From: Opitutus sp. GAS368
GTDB lineage: Bacteria; Verrucomicrobiota; Verrucomicrobiia; Opitutales; Opitutaceae
Direction of reading: 5' to 3'
Assembly: GCA_945874455.1 (NCBI GenBank)
Contig: CAMCHO010000005.1
Location: 826 to 64,825, forward strand
Length of the DNA stretch: 64,000 nucleotides
In this document: piece by piece, positions 1 through 7,886 of the stretch
Numbering within the stretch: the first letter of the stretch is position 1
How the letters are laid out: each line of letters begins with the position of its first letter
The notes under the pieces: model-generated
Databases searched by the model: none
What the model saw: only the letters and a program-made list of their open reading frames with translations
Told to the model about the DNA's origin: nothing
Translations under genes and position numbers: made by a program

Positions 1-452
1 ACGGAGGCGTGGTGGGGTTTTCCATGCGCCTGACGGATGGCGGGCTCGTCTCGGCCGAGAATCTCTCGCAGGGCACGCTCTATTTGCTGGCCATGCTCGT
101 CATCGCGTTCGACCCAGATCCGCCGGCGGTGCTGTGTATCGAGGAGATCGACCGCGGGATTCATCCGCGCTTGCTGCGCGAGGTGCGCGATGTGCTCTAC
201 CGGCTGAGTTACCCCGAGTCGTTCGGACTCGCGCGGCGGGCGGTGCAGGTGATTGCGACGACGCATTCGCCCTACCTACTCGATTTGTTCCGAGACCATC
301 CAGAGGAAATCGTCATCGCGCAGAAGCAGGGGACGGTGGCGCGCTTCGAACGACTCGCGGATCGTCCGGATATTAAGGAACTGCTTAGCGAAGGGTCGCT
401 CGGCGATATGTGGTTCAGCGGTATCCTTGGAGGCATCCCGGACGAGCGATGA
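1..452 (+). CDS. C-terminal part of an ABC/SMC-like ATPase (AAA_15/AAA_21-type), truncated by the window edge
   Basis: The reading frame is open to the left edge. It shows an ABC signature-like LSQGT, a Walker B motif (VLCIEEIDRGIHP) and an H-loop (VIATTHSPYLL). Its stop overlaps the next gene's start (ATGA at 449-452). Confidence 0.7.
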   Translation, partial: GGVVGFSMRLTDGGLVSAENLSQGTLYLLAMLVIAFDPDPPAVLCIEEIDRGIHPRLLREVRDVLYRLSYPESFGLARRAVQVIATTHSPYLLDLFRDHPEEIVIAQKQGTVARFERLADRPDIKELLSEGSLGDMWFSGILGGIPDER

Positions 453-1090
453 AAGTCGCGTTGCTCAGTGAATCGCCCGCTGATGAGGCGGTCTTGCGCG
501 TGCTCGTTGAGGCGGTGTTGGGCGCGCCCCCGAAGTTTGTCGCACCGGGGTTGCGGGCGCGGGGATGGCCGAATGTCGCTCAAGTCTTGCCGGCGGTGAT
601 CCATCATCTGCATTTCAACACGGACACCGATGCGCTCGTCGTCAGTTGCGACTCGGATGACACGGTGGTGCATACCGCGGCGCACGATGCCCCGGGTTAT
701 TATCATCCGCACTGCCGGATGTGCCAGTTGCGCGGGATATTTCACCGCACGACCAAGAAATTTCCGGCGGCGCGGGGGCGCTCCCGTGTCCTCCGCGGCG
801 TCGGCGTGGCGGTGCCAGCCCTAGAAGCGTGGCTCCTCTGTGGCCGCGATCCGCAGGTGAGCGAGGCGCGGTGGATCGCTGGGCAAGAGCAGCGAGCGCA
901 GCCCTATTCGCGGGCGGAACTGAAATGGCGAGCATATGGCACGGATCGGCCGAGCCTGGCGCACGAGATCCGTTGTGCGTTACACGAGCTCGAGCGCCAC
1001 CGCCGGGATACGAGCAGGTTGGAAAACGATTTCCCCGGATTCGCGGCACTGGCGTCGGATTTGCGGGAGTGGAGCAAAAGGGTCGGCTGA
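449..1090 (+). CDS. Toprim-like / DUF4276-like partner of the upstream ATPase (hypothetical)
   Basis: The start MKVALLSESPADE overlaps the ATPase stop in an ATGA. There is an N-terminal beta-strand plus Glu (LLSES), an acidic ALVVSCDSDD (DxD-type) strand, and a possible HPHCxxC metal site. The domain assignment was made by eye only. Confidence 0.5.
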   Translation: MKVALLSESPADEAVLRVLVEAVLGAPPKFVAPGLRARGWPNVAQVLPAVIHHLHFNTDTDALVVSCDSDDTVVHTAAHDAPGYYHPHCRMCQLRGIFHRTTKKFPAARGRSRVLRGVGVAVPALEAWLLCGRDPQVSEARWIAGQEQRAQPYSRAELKWRAYGTDRPSLAHEIRCALHELERHRRDTSRLENDFPGFAALASDLREWSKRVG

Positions 1091-1182
1091 TTTCGGCGTC
1101 GCTGCCCGGATCGGCAGGATATTCCGCTTCCATAAAAAGCTTGGAAATTTTGCTGAATTCCCCGGCATACGAGATCGAGCCC

Positions 1183-3417
1183 ATGCCACACCCCATTTTT
1201 CGCCGGCGTTCGCAGTTGCCCTATGTTCTCGAGCTCATCGCCAGTTTAGTGGCACGCACGCTCTATCGCGTCCGCAGCAGCGGAGTGGAGAATTTTCCGG
1301 TCACGGGAGGCGTGCTCCTCATCGCCAACCACATTTCCTATGTCGATGTGATTGTGCTGCAGATGACGTGTCCGCGACCGATCCGGTTTGTGGGTTACCA
1401 AGGACTCAAGCGGGATCCGTTTTTCAATTGGTGCTTCGAAATCAGCGGTTCTATTCCGATCTCTTCTGAGCAGCCACGTTCGGGTCTGAAGGCGGCCGTG
1501 GCCGCGCTCACGGCCGGTGAAGTGGTGTGCGTGTGTCCGGAAGGCCAAATCTCGCGCACGGGACAGCTGATGAAGATTCAGCGTGGTTTCGAGGTGATGG
1601 CGCGGCAGGCGAATGTCCCGGTGGTCGCGGCCGCCATCGACGGCTTATGGGGCTCGGTGTTTTCGTTTTCAGGCAATAAATGCCTCTGGAAATCGCCGCG
1701 GTTGCTGCGGACGCCGGTGTTTATCGCCTTCGGTCAAGTCACGCCTCCGGAGGACGTGAGCCCGAGTTGGGCGCGGCGGGAGCTGCTGGATCTGGGACGC
1801 ATCGCGTTTGAGGAACGTCCGGTGCTGAAACGCCACCTCGGTCGTGAGTGTGTTCGTGCGATCACGAAACACCCCGGGCGCGTGCAAGTGATCGATCGCA
1901 CGGTGGGGCGGCGTGAGCTGACCTGCGCCCAGGTCTATGCGGTGGTGGGAGCGCTGGCGGGGCGGATTCGAGCGACGGTGCCCGAGCACCGGGTCGGGGT
2001 GGTGCTGCCACCCGGGGCCGGCGCATTTATCGCGAATCTGGCGGTCATGGCAGCGGGCAAGATTCCGGTTAACTTGAATTTCACGACGGCCCGCGTCGCT
2101 TTGGAAGCCAGTCTTAAATTGGGCGGCATTGTGACGGTGCTGAGTGCCGATGCGGTGCGGGCGAAGCTGCCCAATTTCCCGTGGCCGGAGCGCACGCTGG
2201 ATCTCAAGGCCGAGATCGCAGCGTGTGGCGGCAAGCGGGCGCTGCTGCCGTGGTTGCTGGCTGCGTGGGTGCTTCCGAACCAATGGTGCGCGGATCTCCT
2301 GCGTTTGCCGCGGCGCGGCGATCGGGACGAGGCGGGGTTGTTGTTTACGAGCGGAAGCTCGGGAGAACCGAAGGGAGTCGTGCTCACGCATCGCAATATT
2401 TTGGCGAACTGTGCACAGATTTCATCGCTCTCCATTCTGCCCGAAACCTGTTCGCTCCTCGCGTGCCTGCCGGTGTTTCACAGTTTTGGTTTCACAGTCA
2501 CACTGTGGTATCCGCTGCTGAGGGGGTGCCAGGTCGTGACGGTGCCCAGTCCGCTCGACACGAGGAAACTCATCGACGCAATCGCCGAGGAAAAAGCCAC
2601 GGTGCTCCTGGGTGCACCGACATTTATTCGCCCCGTACTGAAGAAAGCATTACCGGCGGAGCTGCGCAGTCTCGATTTGGTGGTCACGGGCGCGGAGAAG
2701 TTAACCGACGATCTTGCCCGGGGGTTCATGGAGACATTCCACATCGACATCATGCAGGGCTACGGACTCACCGAGACGACCCCCGCGGCGAACATTAACC
2801 AGCCGCATCCACCGGTGGTCGTTGCAACGAACGAGCCGCAAGTCGGTAAGCGGCCCGGAGCGGTCGGCCGGATGATGCCGGGCATGACGGCCCGGATTGT
2901 CGATCCGGAGACGTGGCGCGATTTGCCGATGACCGAAACGGGCATGGTGCTCTTCCGTGGGGCCAATGTGTTCGCCGGCTATCTGCACGACCCGGAGAAA
3001 ACACGGGCGGCGTTTCGCGACGGATGGTTTATCACGGGCGATCTCGGGCGGTTCGACGATGACGGGTTTCTTTTTATTGAAGGCCGGCTGTCGCGTTTTT
3101 CAAAAATTGGCGGCGAAATGGTGCCGCACGGCAATGTGGAGAATCGGATTATCGAGCTCTTCGATCTCGACCAAAGTGCGGGCTACGTCGCGGTGGTGAT
3201 GGGCGTGCCGGATGCGGCCAAAGGGGAGTCGCTGGTGTTGCTGACGACGTTGGCCCTCACCTCCACGGAGGTGCGCGAAAAATTGCTCGGCGCCGGCTTG
3301 CCGGGGTTGTGGGTGCCGAAAAGGGTGGAGCGGGTGGAGAAAATACCGGTGCTCGGAACTGGAAAACTGGATCTCAAGGGCTGTCGCGAACTGGCGTTGG
3401 CCGTCACGAAAGCCTGA
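1183..3417 (+). CDS. aas: Bifunctional lysophospholipid acyltransferase / acyl-ACP (acyl-CoA) synthetase, Aas-like
   Basis: The N-terminal PlsC-type HX4D motif (ANHISYVD) and EGQISR box are followed by an AMP-binding domain (LLFTSGSSGEPKGV, GYGLTET, ITGDLG). I place the start at the internal ATG at 1183 (MPHPIFRRR); the upstream part of ORF 721..3417 is Arg/Pro-rich and does not look like real protein. Confidence 0.75.
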   Translation: MPHPIFRRRSQLPYVLELIASLVARTLYRVRSSGVENFPVTGGVLLIANHISYVDVIVLQMTCPRPIRFVGYQGLKRDPFFNWCFEISGSIPISSEQPRSGLKAAVAALTAGEVVCVCPEGQISRTGQLMKIQRGFEVMARQANVPVVAAAIDGLWGSVFSFSGNKCLWKSPRLLRTPVFIAFGQVTPPEDVSPSWARRELLDLGRIAFEERPVLKRHLGRECVRAITKHPGRVQVIDRTVGRRELTCAQVYAVVGALAGRIRATVPEHRVGVVLPPGAGAFIANLAVMAAGKIPVNLNFTTARVALEASLKLGGIVTVLSADAVRAKLPNFPWPERTLDLKAEIAACGGKRALLPWLLAAWVLPNQWCADLLRLPRRGDRDEAGLLFTSGSSGEPKGVVLTHRNILANCAQISSLSILPETCSLLACLPVFHSFGFTVTLWYPLLRGCQVVTVPSPLDTRKLIDAIAEEKATVLLGAPTFIRPVLKKALPAELRSLDLVVTGAEKLTDDLARGFMETFHIDIMQGYGLTETTPAANINQPHPPVVVATNEPQVGKRPGAVGRMMPGMTARIVDPETWRDLPMTETGMVLFRGANVFAGYLHDPEKTRAAFRDGWFITGDLGRFDDDGFLFIEGRLSRFSKIGGEMVPHGNVENRIIELFDLDQSAGYVAVVMGVPDAAKGESLVLLTTLALTSTEVREKLLGAGLPGLWVPKRVERVEKIPVLGTGKLDLKGCRELALAVTKA

Positions 3418-3444
3418 GCGAGGAAACCGCAGAATTCCGGAATC

Positions 3445-4419
3445 GTGCGGATCGATTGTCACGTCCACGTCGTCGGTAATGGCACCGGGGGGACCGGCTG
3501 CCGGTATCATCCCCGAGGGGTCACGAGCTACGGCGCGCCATTCATGCTGCGTGGTGTTGGGCTGCCGCGGAGTGCGCTCACCGGTGACCTCGACGGGCTC
3601 TACGCCGAGCAGTTGCTGCGGTTCGTGCGGGTATCGTCGCTCGACGCCGCGGTCATCCTTGCGCAGGACGAGCCACGCCGCGACGACGGCTCGATCATCG
3701 AGGGAGCCGGCTCGTTTTATGTGCCCAACAGTTTTGTGCTGCGGCTCGCGCGGGAGCATCCCGAATTCCTTCCGGCGGTATCGATCCACCCGGCGAGGCG
3801 TGACGCGCTGGATGAGCTGGAGCGCTGCCTCGCTGAAGGTGCGGTCATGTTAAAATGTCTGCCGAACTGCCAGAACATCGACTGGAACGACCGGCGCTAC
3901 ACGGGGTTTCTCGAACGTATGGCGGAGAGCGGGCTCATTTTGCTCGCGCACACCGGCAGCGAACGAACGCTGCCCGTGATCGCGCCGAGACTCGCGGATC
4001 CGCGCGTGCTGACGCGGGCGCTGGAGGTTGGCGTCACGTGTATTGCGGCGCACAGCGGCACCGGTACGATGTTGGTCGATCCCGACTATTTCGAGGTGTT
4101 CGCGGAGATGACGCGGCGCTTTCCACGACTCTACGGAGACAACAGTGCGCTGGCGGCGGCAAACTTCCGACTCCGGCCGAGTGCGTTGCAGCGCCTGCTG
4201 GAGCCCGAACTAGCGGCGCGGATACTGCACGGCAGCGACGTGCCGGTGCCGGTGACCGGTGCGGTCCTGTGGGCGCTCGGCCTGCTGAGTTGGCGGGAGT
4301 GGCGGGAGACCGCGCGGCTGGCCAACCCGTTGGAGCGCGATGCGCAAATCAAACGTGCGCTCGGTTTTGGCGAGGACACGTTTACGCGCTTGGCTGGATT
4401 GTTGCGGAAACGGAATTAG
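3445..4419 (+). CDS. Amidohydrolase-family metal-dependent hydrolase (TIM-barrel)
   Basis: It has a GTG start, an N-terminal IDCHVH (HxH metal motif), and later conserved His residues (LLAHTG, IAAHSG). Confidence 0.6.
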   Translation: MRIDCHVHVVGNGTGGTGCRYHPRGVTSYGAPFMLRGVGLPRSALTGDLDGLYAEQLLRFVRVSSLDAAVILAQDEPRRDDGSIIEGAGSFYVPNSFVLRLAREHPEFLPAVSIHPARRDALDELERCLAEGAVMLKCLPNCQNIDWNDRRYTGFLERMAESGLILLAHTGSERTLPVIAPRLADPRVLTRALEVGVTCIAAHSGTGTMLVDPDYFEVFAEMTRRFPRLYGDNSALAAANFRLRPSALQRLLEPELAARILHGSDVPVPVTGAVLWALGLLSWREWRETARLANPLERDAQIKRALGFGEDTFTRLAGLLRKRN

Positions 4420-5621
4420 GTCCGACGCAACGAAGCGACGTAGAAACCGTCGGTGTTGTGGGCGGCGGGCAAGATGGCCAGACCCACACTGCGAGGCGTG
4501 GCCCCAAAGGGACTCACGGGCGGTTCAGCGATGAACGCGCTGTGTGCCGCGAGAAATGCGGTGACCACATCTTCATTCTCCAAACGGCTCAGGGAGCAGG
4601 TCGCGTAGATGAGGCGACCGCCGGGGCGCACGAGCGCCGAGAATTGTTGGAGCAACGCGAGCTGTTTGTCGGCGGCGGTGCTGACTTGGCCGGCACTGGT
4701 CGTCCACTTAAGATGCGGTGCGCGGCGCCACGTGCCCGTGCCACTGCACGGCGCGTCGACGAGGACGCCGTCATAAGTGCCCGTGGCGGGCAGGGTGGGG
4801 AGGACCGAGATTGTCGTAGCGCGAGCACGGGTGGCGCGGATTTCGAGCTCGCGGAGCGCGGAGGCTCGGATGTCGTGCGCGTCGACATGTCCTTTTGGGC
4901 CTAGGAGAGCCGCGAGCTGGAGGGTCTTGCCACCGGCGCCGGCGCAGGCGTCGAGCCAACGTCCGCCCGGGGCGATGCCGGCTGATTCCAAGATGAGCTG
5001 GGAACCGAGGTCTTGGACTTCGCAGAGTCCCTGCGTCCAAGCATCGGACTTGGTGACGTCGGCCTCGGCGAGAACTTCGAGGGCGCCGGAGAGGATGGGC
5101 GAGCGGCGCGTGGGCCACTGCTTGGTGTTGAATTCGGCGACGACGCGCGCGATGTCTTTCGTTTGCACTCGGAGCCAGAGCGGAGCCCGCGTGTGCAACG
5201 TGTCGAGGTTGGGCACCACGGCCGCTTCGGCACAGTGGCGGGTGAGCCAAGCGGGGAGCAAGGTGTCGGGGCTGGCACCGAGGTGGCTGGCTTTAGCGGA
5301 TACAGCGGCGGGGCACACCGGCCAATCGCCACAGAGTGCGGCACGGTAGGCCCGCGTGGCGGGCAAATCGGCGGCGAGCCAAGCGACGGCTTTGGCGGCG
5401 CGGTCAGGGTCAGTGTCGAGCAGAGGTTCGATCCACGGGAGGAACCGCAACGTGGTGTAGATCAGCTCGCGGTAAAGGCGTCGGTCGCGCGAACCGAAGG
5501 AGCGATTGGCTGCAAACAGTTCGGAGATACCCGCGGGAAGATTCGTGTCGGTGTGCCAGTTGGGGCGCAGCGCGGCGAGAAGACGGAGGAAGATTTTTTG
5601 CTGGCTACCGGTGAGACTCAT
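4416..5621 (-). CDS. RsmB/Sun-family rRNA (cytosine-C5) methyltransferase
   Basis: It carries the SAM-binding motif LDACAGAGGKT and the catalytic motif VLVDAPCSGTGTWRR, followed by LIYATCS. Confidence 0.8.
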   Translation of the reverse strand: MSLTGSQQKIFLRLLAALRPNWHTDTNLPAGISELFAANRSFGSRDRRLYRELIYTTLRFLPWIEPLLDTDPDRAAKAVAWLAADLPATRAYRAALCGDWPVCPAAVSAKASHLGASPDTLLPAWLTRHCAEAAVVPNLDTLHTRAPLWLRVQTKDIARVVAEFNTKQWPTRRSPILSGALEVLAEADVTKSDAWTQGLCEVQDLGSQLILESAGIAPGGRWLDACAGAGGKTLQLAALLGPKGHVDAHDIRASALRELEIRATRARATTISVLPTLPATGTYDGVLVDAPCSGTGTWRRAPHLKWTTSAGQVSTAADKQLALLQQFSALVRPGGRLIYATCSLSRLENEDVVTAFLAAHSAFIAEPPVSPFGATPRSVGLAILPAAHNTDGFYVASLRRT

Positions 5622-5627
5622 AGGTGG

Positions 5628-7847
5628 TCAGAAACCTCGGGCTTGGATTTGCACGTTGAGGCCGAAATGGCTCTCGCGGCGTGGGCCCGAGTAGAGGCTG
5701 ATGATATAGGACACCAGCCAAGTGTTACCGAGATTTTGGGAGAGACCGTAGGCCTGCTCGTTGGAGCGGCGTTTGCGGGCGTCGTAGTGGAGTCGGGTCA
5801 GGGCGTCGTAGGTCTCATTGAGCCGTACCCGGGCGTCGAGTTGGTAGTCTTGGATTTCGTCGCGCAGAAAATTATTGGAGAAACGCGCGGACCACACCGA
5901 GCCGTCGCGCAGGGTGATGCCGGAATTGAATTCACGGAGCGTGAAGCTCTGCGGCGCGAAGCTCTGGTAAAGATCGATCGAGACCCAGGCGGCGGGAGCG
6001 AGCGAGAGTTCGGTGTGGACTGCGGAGACGTCGCGCTCACCGGGTGCGCGTCGGAAGCGAAAATCGTTGGCGAGGTTGAACGTCAGCAGGTCGCGGGAGC
6101 CGTAGACCGGGTCGCGGGTTTGCAGCGTGTTGTCGAAACCGAGACGAAGCGTGTTGGTGGCTGTGAGATCGTCGAGGTTGCGCTGGTCGCCGAGGCCGAG
6201 GGGTGGGAGGTAGGTGGCAAAGGTGCGGCGGTCTATCGCGGCGATGTGGCCGGCGCCCTTGCCGGCCTCGGGAATATAGCGGTAGGTCATCCGCGGGGTG
6301 AGCAGATGGCGCAGGCCGTCGATCTTCCAGAGTGGATTTTTGTAGTCCCACGTCGCACTGGAACGGAGAGCCGCGTCAAAGCCGACTTCGCCGAGAGTGC
6401 GGGTGGTGTTGCCGGTGCGGGTGATACCCGTGGAATTGGCGTAGTGAGTCACGCGGGCGCCGGCGACCGGGCTAAACGACAGCCAGTCTCCGCGCGTGAA
6501 CGGTCGGGACAGCGAGTAATCGGCGTCGAGCCGGTTAGAGCTGAGCCGTGGACCGCCGAGGGGTGGGTCCTCGCGCAACACGGCGACGCTCGCACTGAAG
6601 CGCTCGTAGAAGCCGTTGCCTACCGCCAGCGGCAGCAGGTCGAAGCGCAGTTCGGGCAGACGCTCCTGCACGCGTTGAAACGAATTCGGCTGAAAGCGCG
6701 CGAACAGGGAGACGAGGGTGTTGGCGCCCGCATAGGTGGCTTCGACGAAGGTGTCGGGTTCCTGCACGGGGAAAAATGCCCGAGGGCGGAAGTCGCGGAG
6801 GATTTCGGAGTCTTTCCACCAATTGAGTTGCGCGGTGAGCGAGAGATTTTCAGCGAGTTTTTGTTCGTGCTGCCATTCCACGTAGCCGCGGTTTTCCGGC
6901 ACCGGGCGGCCCAGCGTGTCGAATTTCTTGTCGCCATGGTCATTGATGTAGCCGGTCCGAAAGAAGCCGCGAAGAGCGGGGTCGCTCGTGGCACCGGGGA
7001 CGCGGCCGTAGCTCCCGGATGGGCCGAACATCACTCCGCGGGCCGAATAAACTCCGAGGTCGCCCCCGAGGCGCAGCTGGGGCGCCGTCGGTCGTTGCAG
7101 TCCGGCTTCGGCAAACGCGCCCAGCGACGAGCGGAAGCCGCCGTTGAACGTCGTGAAAGCGACGAAGGGTTGTTTAAGGTCCTGCTGGAAACGAGTGAAG
7201 GGCAGAGGCTGCGCGTGGCCGATGCCGACCCGGACGTTTTCGCTCCGGAGGCGTTGACCTGGGACGTAGATGATTTGGTCGGCGAGAAAGGTCGGCTGCC
7301 ACGGGCCGGGTTCGCCATAAGTGACGGTCGCACGGGTCAGGGTAATCTCTTTGAGGGTGCCAGAGGCGGCGGCGGCCTCGGCGTAGTAGGGATGTGCGCC
7401 GAACCGAACTCGCTCGGCAGTGAAGCTCTGGTCGCTTCGTCGGATGACGATTTTATCGGCGAGCAGGCGGATTTCGAGACGGGTGAAGACGGCGTGGCCG
7501 ATCGCGGTGATGGTCGCGGTCTCGGAGTTGAGGCGGATCTCGTCGGCGGTGATGAGCGTGATCCCGTCGGTCGCGCGGGCGTTTCCCCGCAAGACGTTTT
7601 CTTTGGTCTTGCCGTCGAACGCGGATGTTTCCGCTGTCAGGACAAGTTCCTGCTGCGCCTGAAGCCAAGGCGCGGCGAGAGCGATGAGTACGAAAATTAC
7701 GAGGCGGCGAATCACGCGCGCAGCAAAGGTGGCGCTGCTGTGGCAAGCAAGCTTCCGCGGCGGCGCGGCGCGTAGTCGGAACGTTGCGGTGCGAGGATAT
7801 TTCCGGCGGCTCGAAATACGGGCTAGACCACACCGTACTCGGGTCAC
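5628..7847 (-). CDS. lptD: LPS-assembly outer-membrane protein LptD (OstA family)
   Basis: An OstA-like N-terminal region (NVLRGNARATDGITLITADEIRLN) is followed by a long beta-barrel-like, aromatic-rich C-terminus. The more likely start is the GTG at 7715 (VIRRLVIFVLIALAAPWLQAQQ, a signal peptide). The gene lies 6 nt upstream of the rRNA methylase gene. Confidence 0.75.
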   Translation of the reverse strand: MTRVRCGLARISSRRKYPRTATFRLRAAPPRKLACHSSATFAARVIRRLVIFVLIALAAPWLQAQQELVLTAETSAFDGKTKENVLRGNARATDGITLITADEIRLNSETATITAIGHAVFTRLEIRLLADKIVIRRSDQSFTAERVRFGAHPYYAEAAAASGTLKEITLTRATVTYGEPGPWQPTFLADQIIYVPGQRLRSENVRVGIGHAQPLPFTRFQQDLKQPFVAFTTFNGGFRSSLGAFAEAGLQRPTAPQLRLGGDLGVYSARGVMFGPSGSYGRVPGATSDPALRGFFRTGYINDHGDKKFDTLGRPVPENRGYVEWQHEQKLAENLSLTAQLNWWKDSEILRDFRPRAFFPVQEPDTFVEATYAGANTLVSLFARFQPNSFQRVQERLPELRFDLLPLAVGNGFYERFSASVAVLREDPPLGGPRLSSNRLDADYSLSRPFTRGDWLSFSPVAGARVTHYANSTGITRTGNTTRTLGEVGFDAALRSSATWDYKNPLWKIDGLRHLLTPRMTYRYIPEAGKGAGHIAAIDRRTFATYLPPLGLGDQRNLDDLTATNTLRLGFDNTLQTRDPVYGSRDLLTFNLANDFRFRRAPGERDVSAVHTELSLAPAAWVSIDLYQSFAPQSFTLREFNSGITLRDGSVWSARFSNNFLRDEIQDYQLDARVRLNETYDALTRLHYDARKRRSNEQAYGLSQNLGNTWLVSYIISLYSGPRRESHFGLNVQIQARGF

Positions 7848-7886
7848 ACGTTACGCTCGGCCCATTCGCCCAACTTTATTGACCGC

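Noticed and set aside
721-1182. N-terminal 154 codons of the 898-aa ORF, which would extend the Aas-like gene upstream
   Set aside because: The segment overlaps the Toprim-like gene in another frame and is Arg/Pro/Gly-rich. The acyltransferase domain begins right after the internal Met at 1183.
5013-7775. 920-aa ORF on the plus strand
   Set aside because: It runs entirely antisense to the well-supported RsmB-family methylase and lptD genes. Its translation is Gly/Ala/Arg/Glu/Val-rich with no recognisable motif. This is typical of a stop-free antisense frame in GC-rich DNA.
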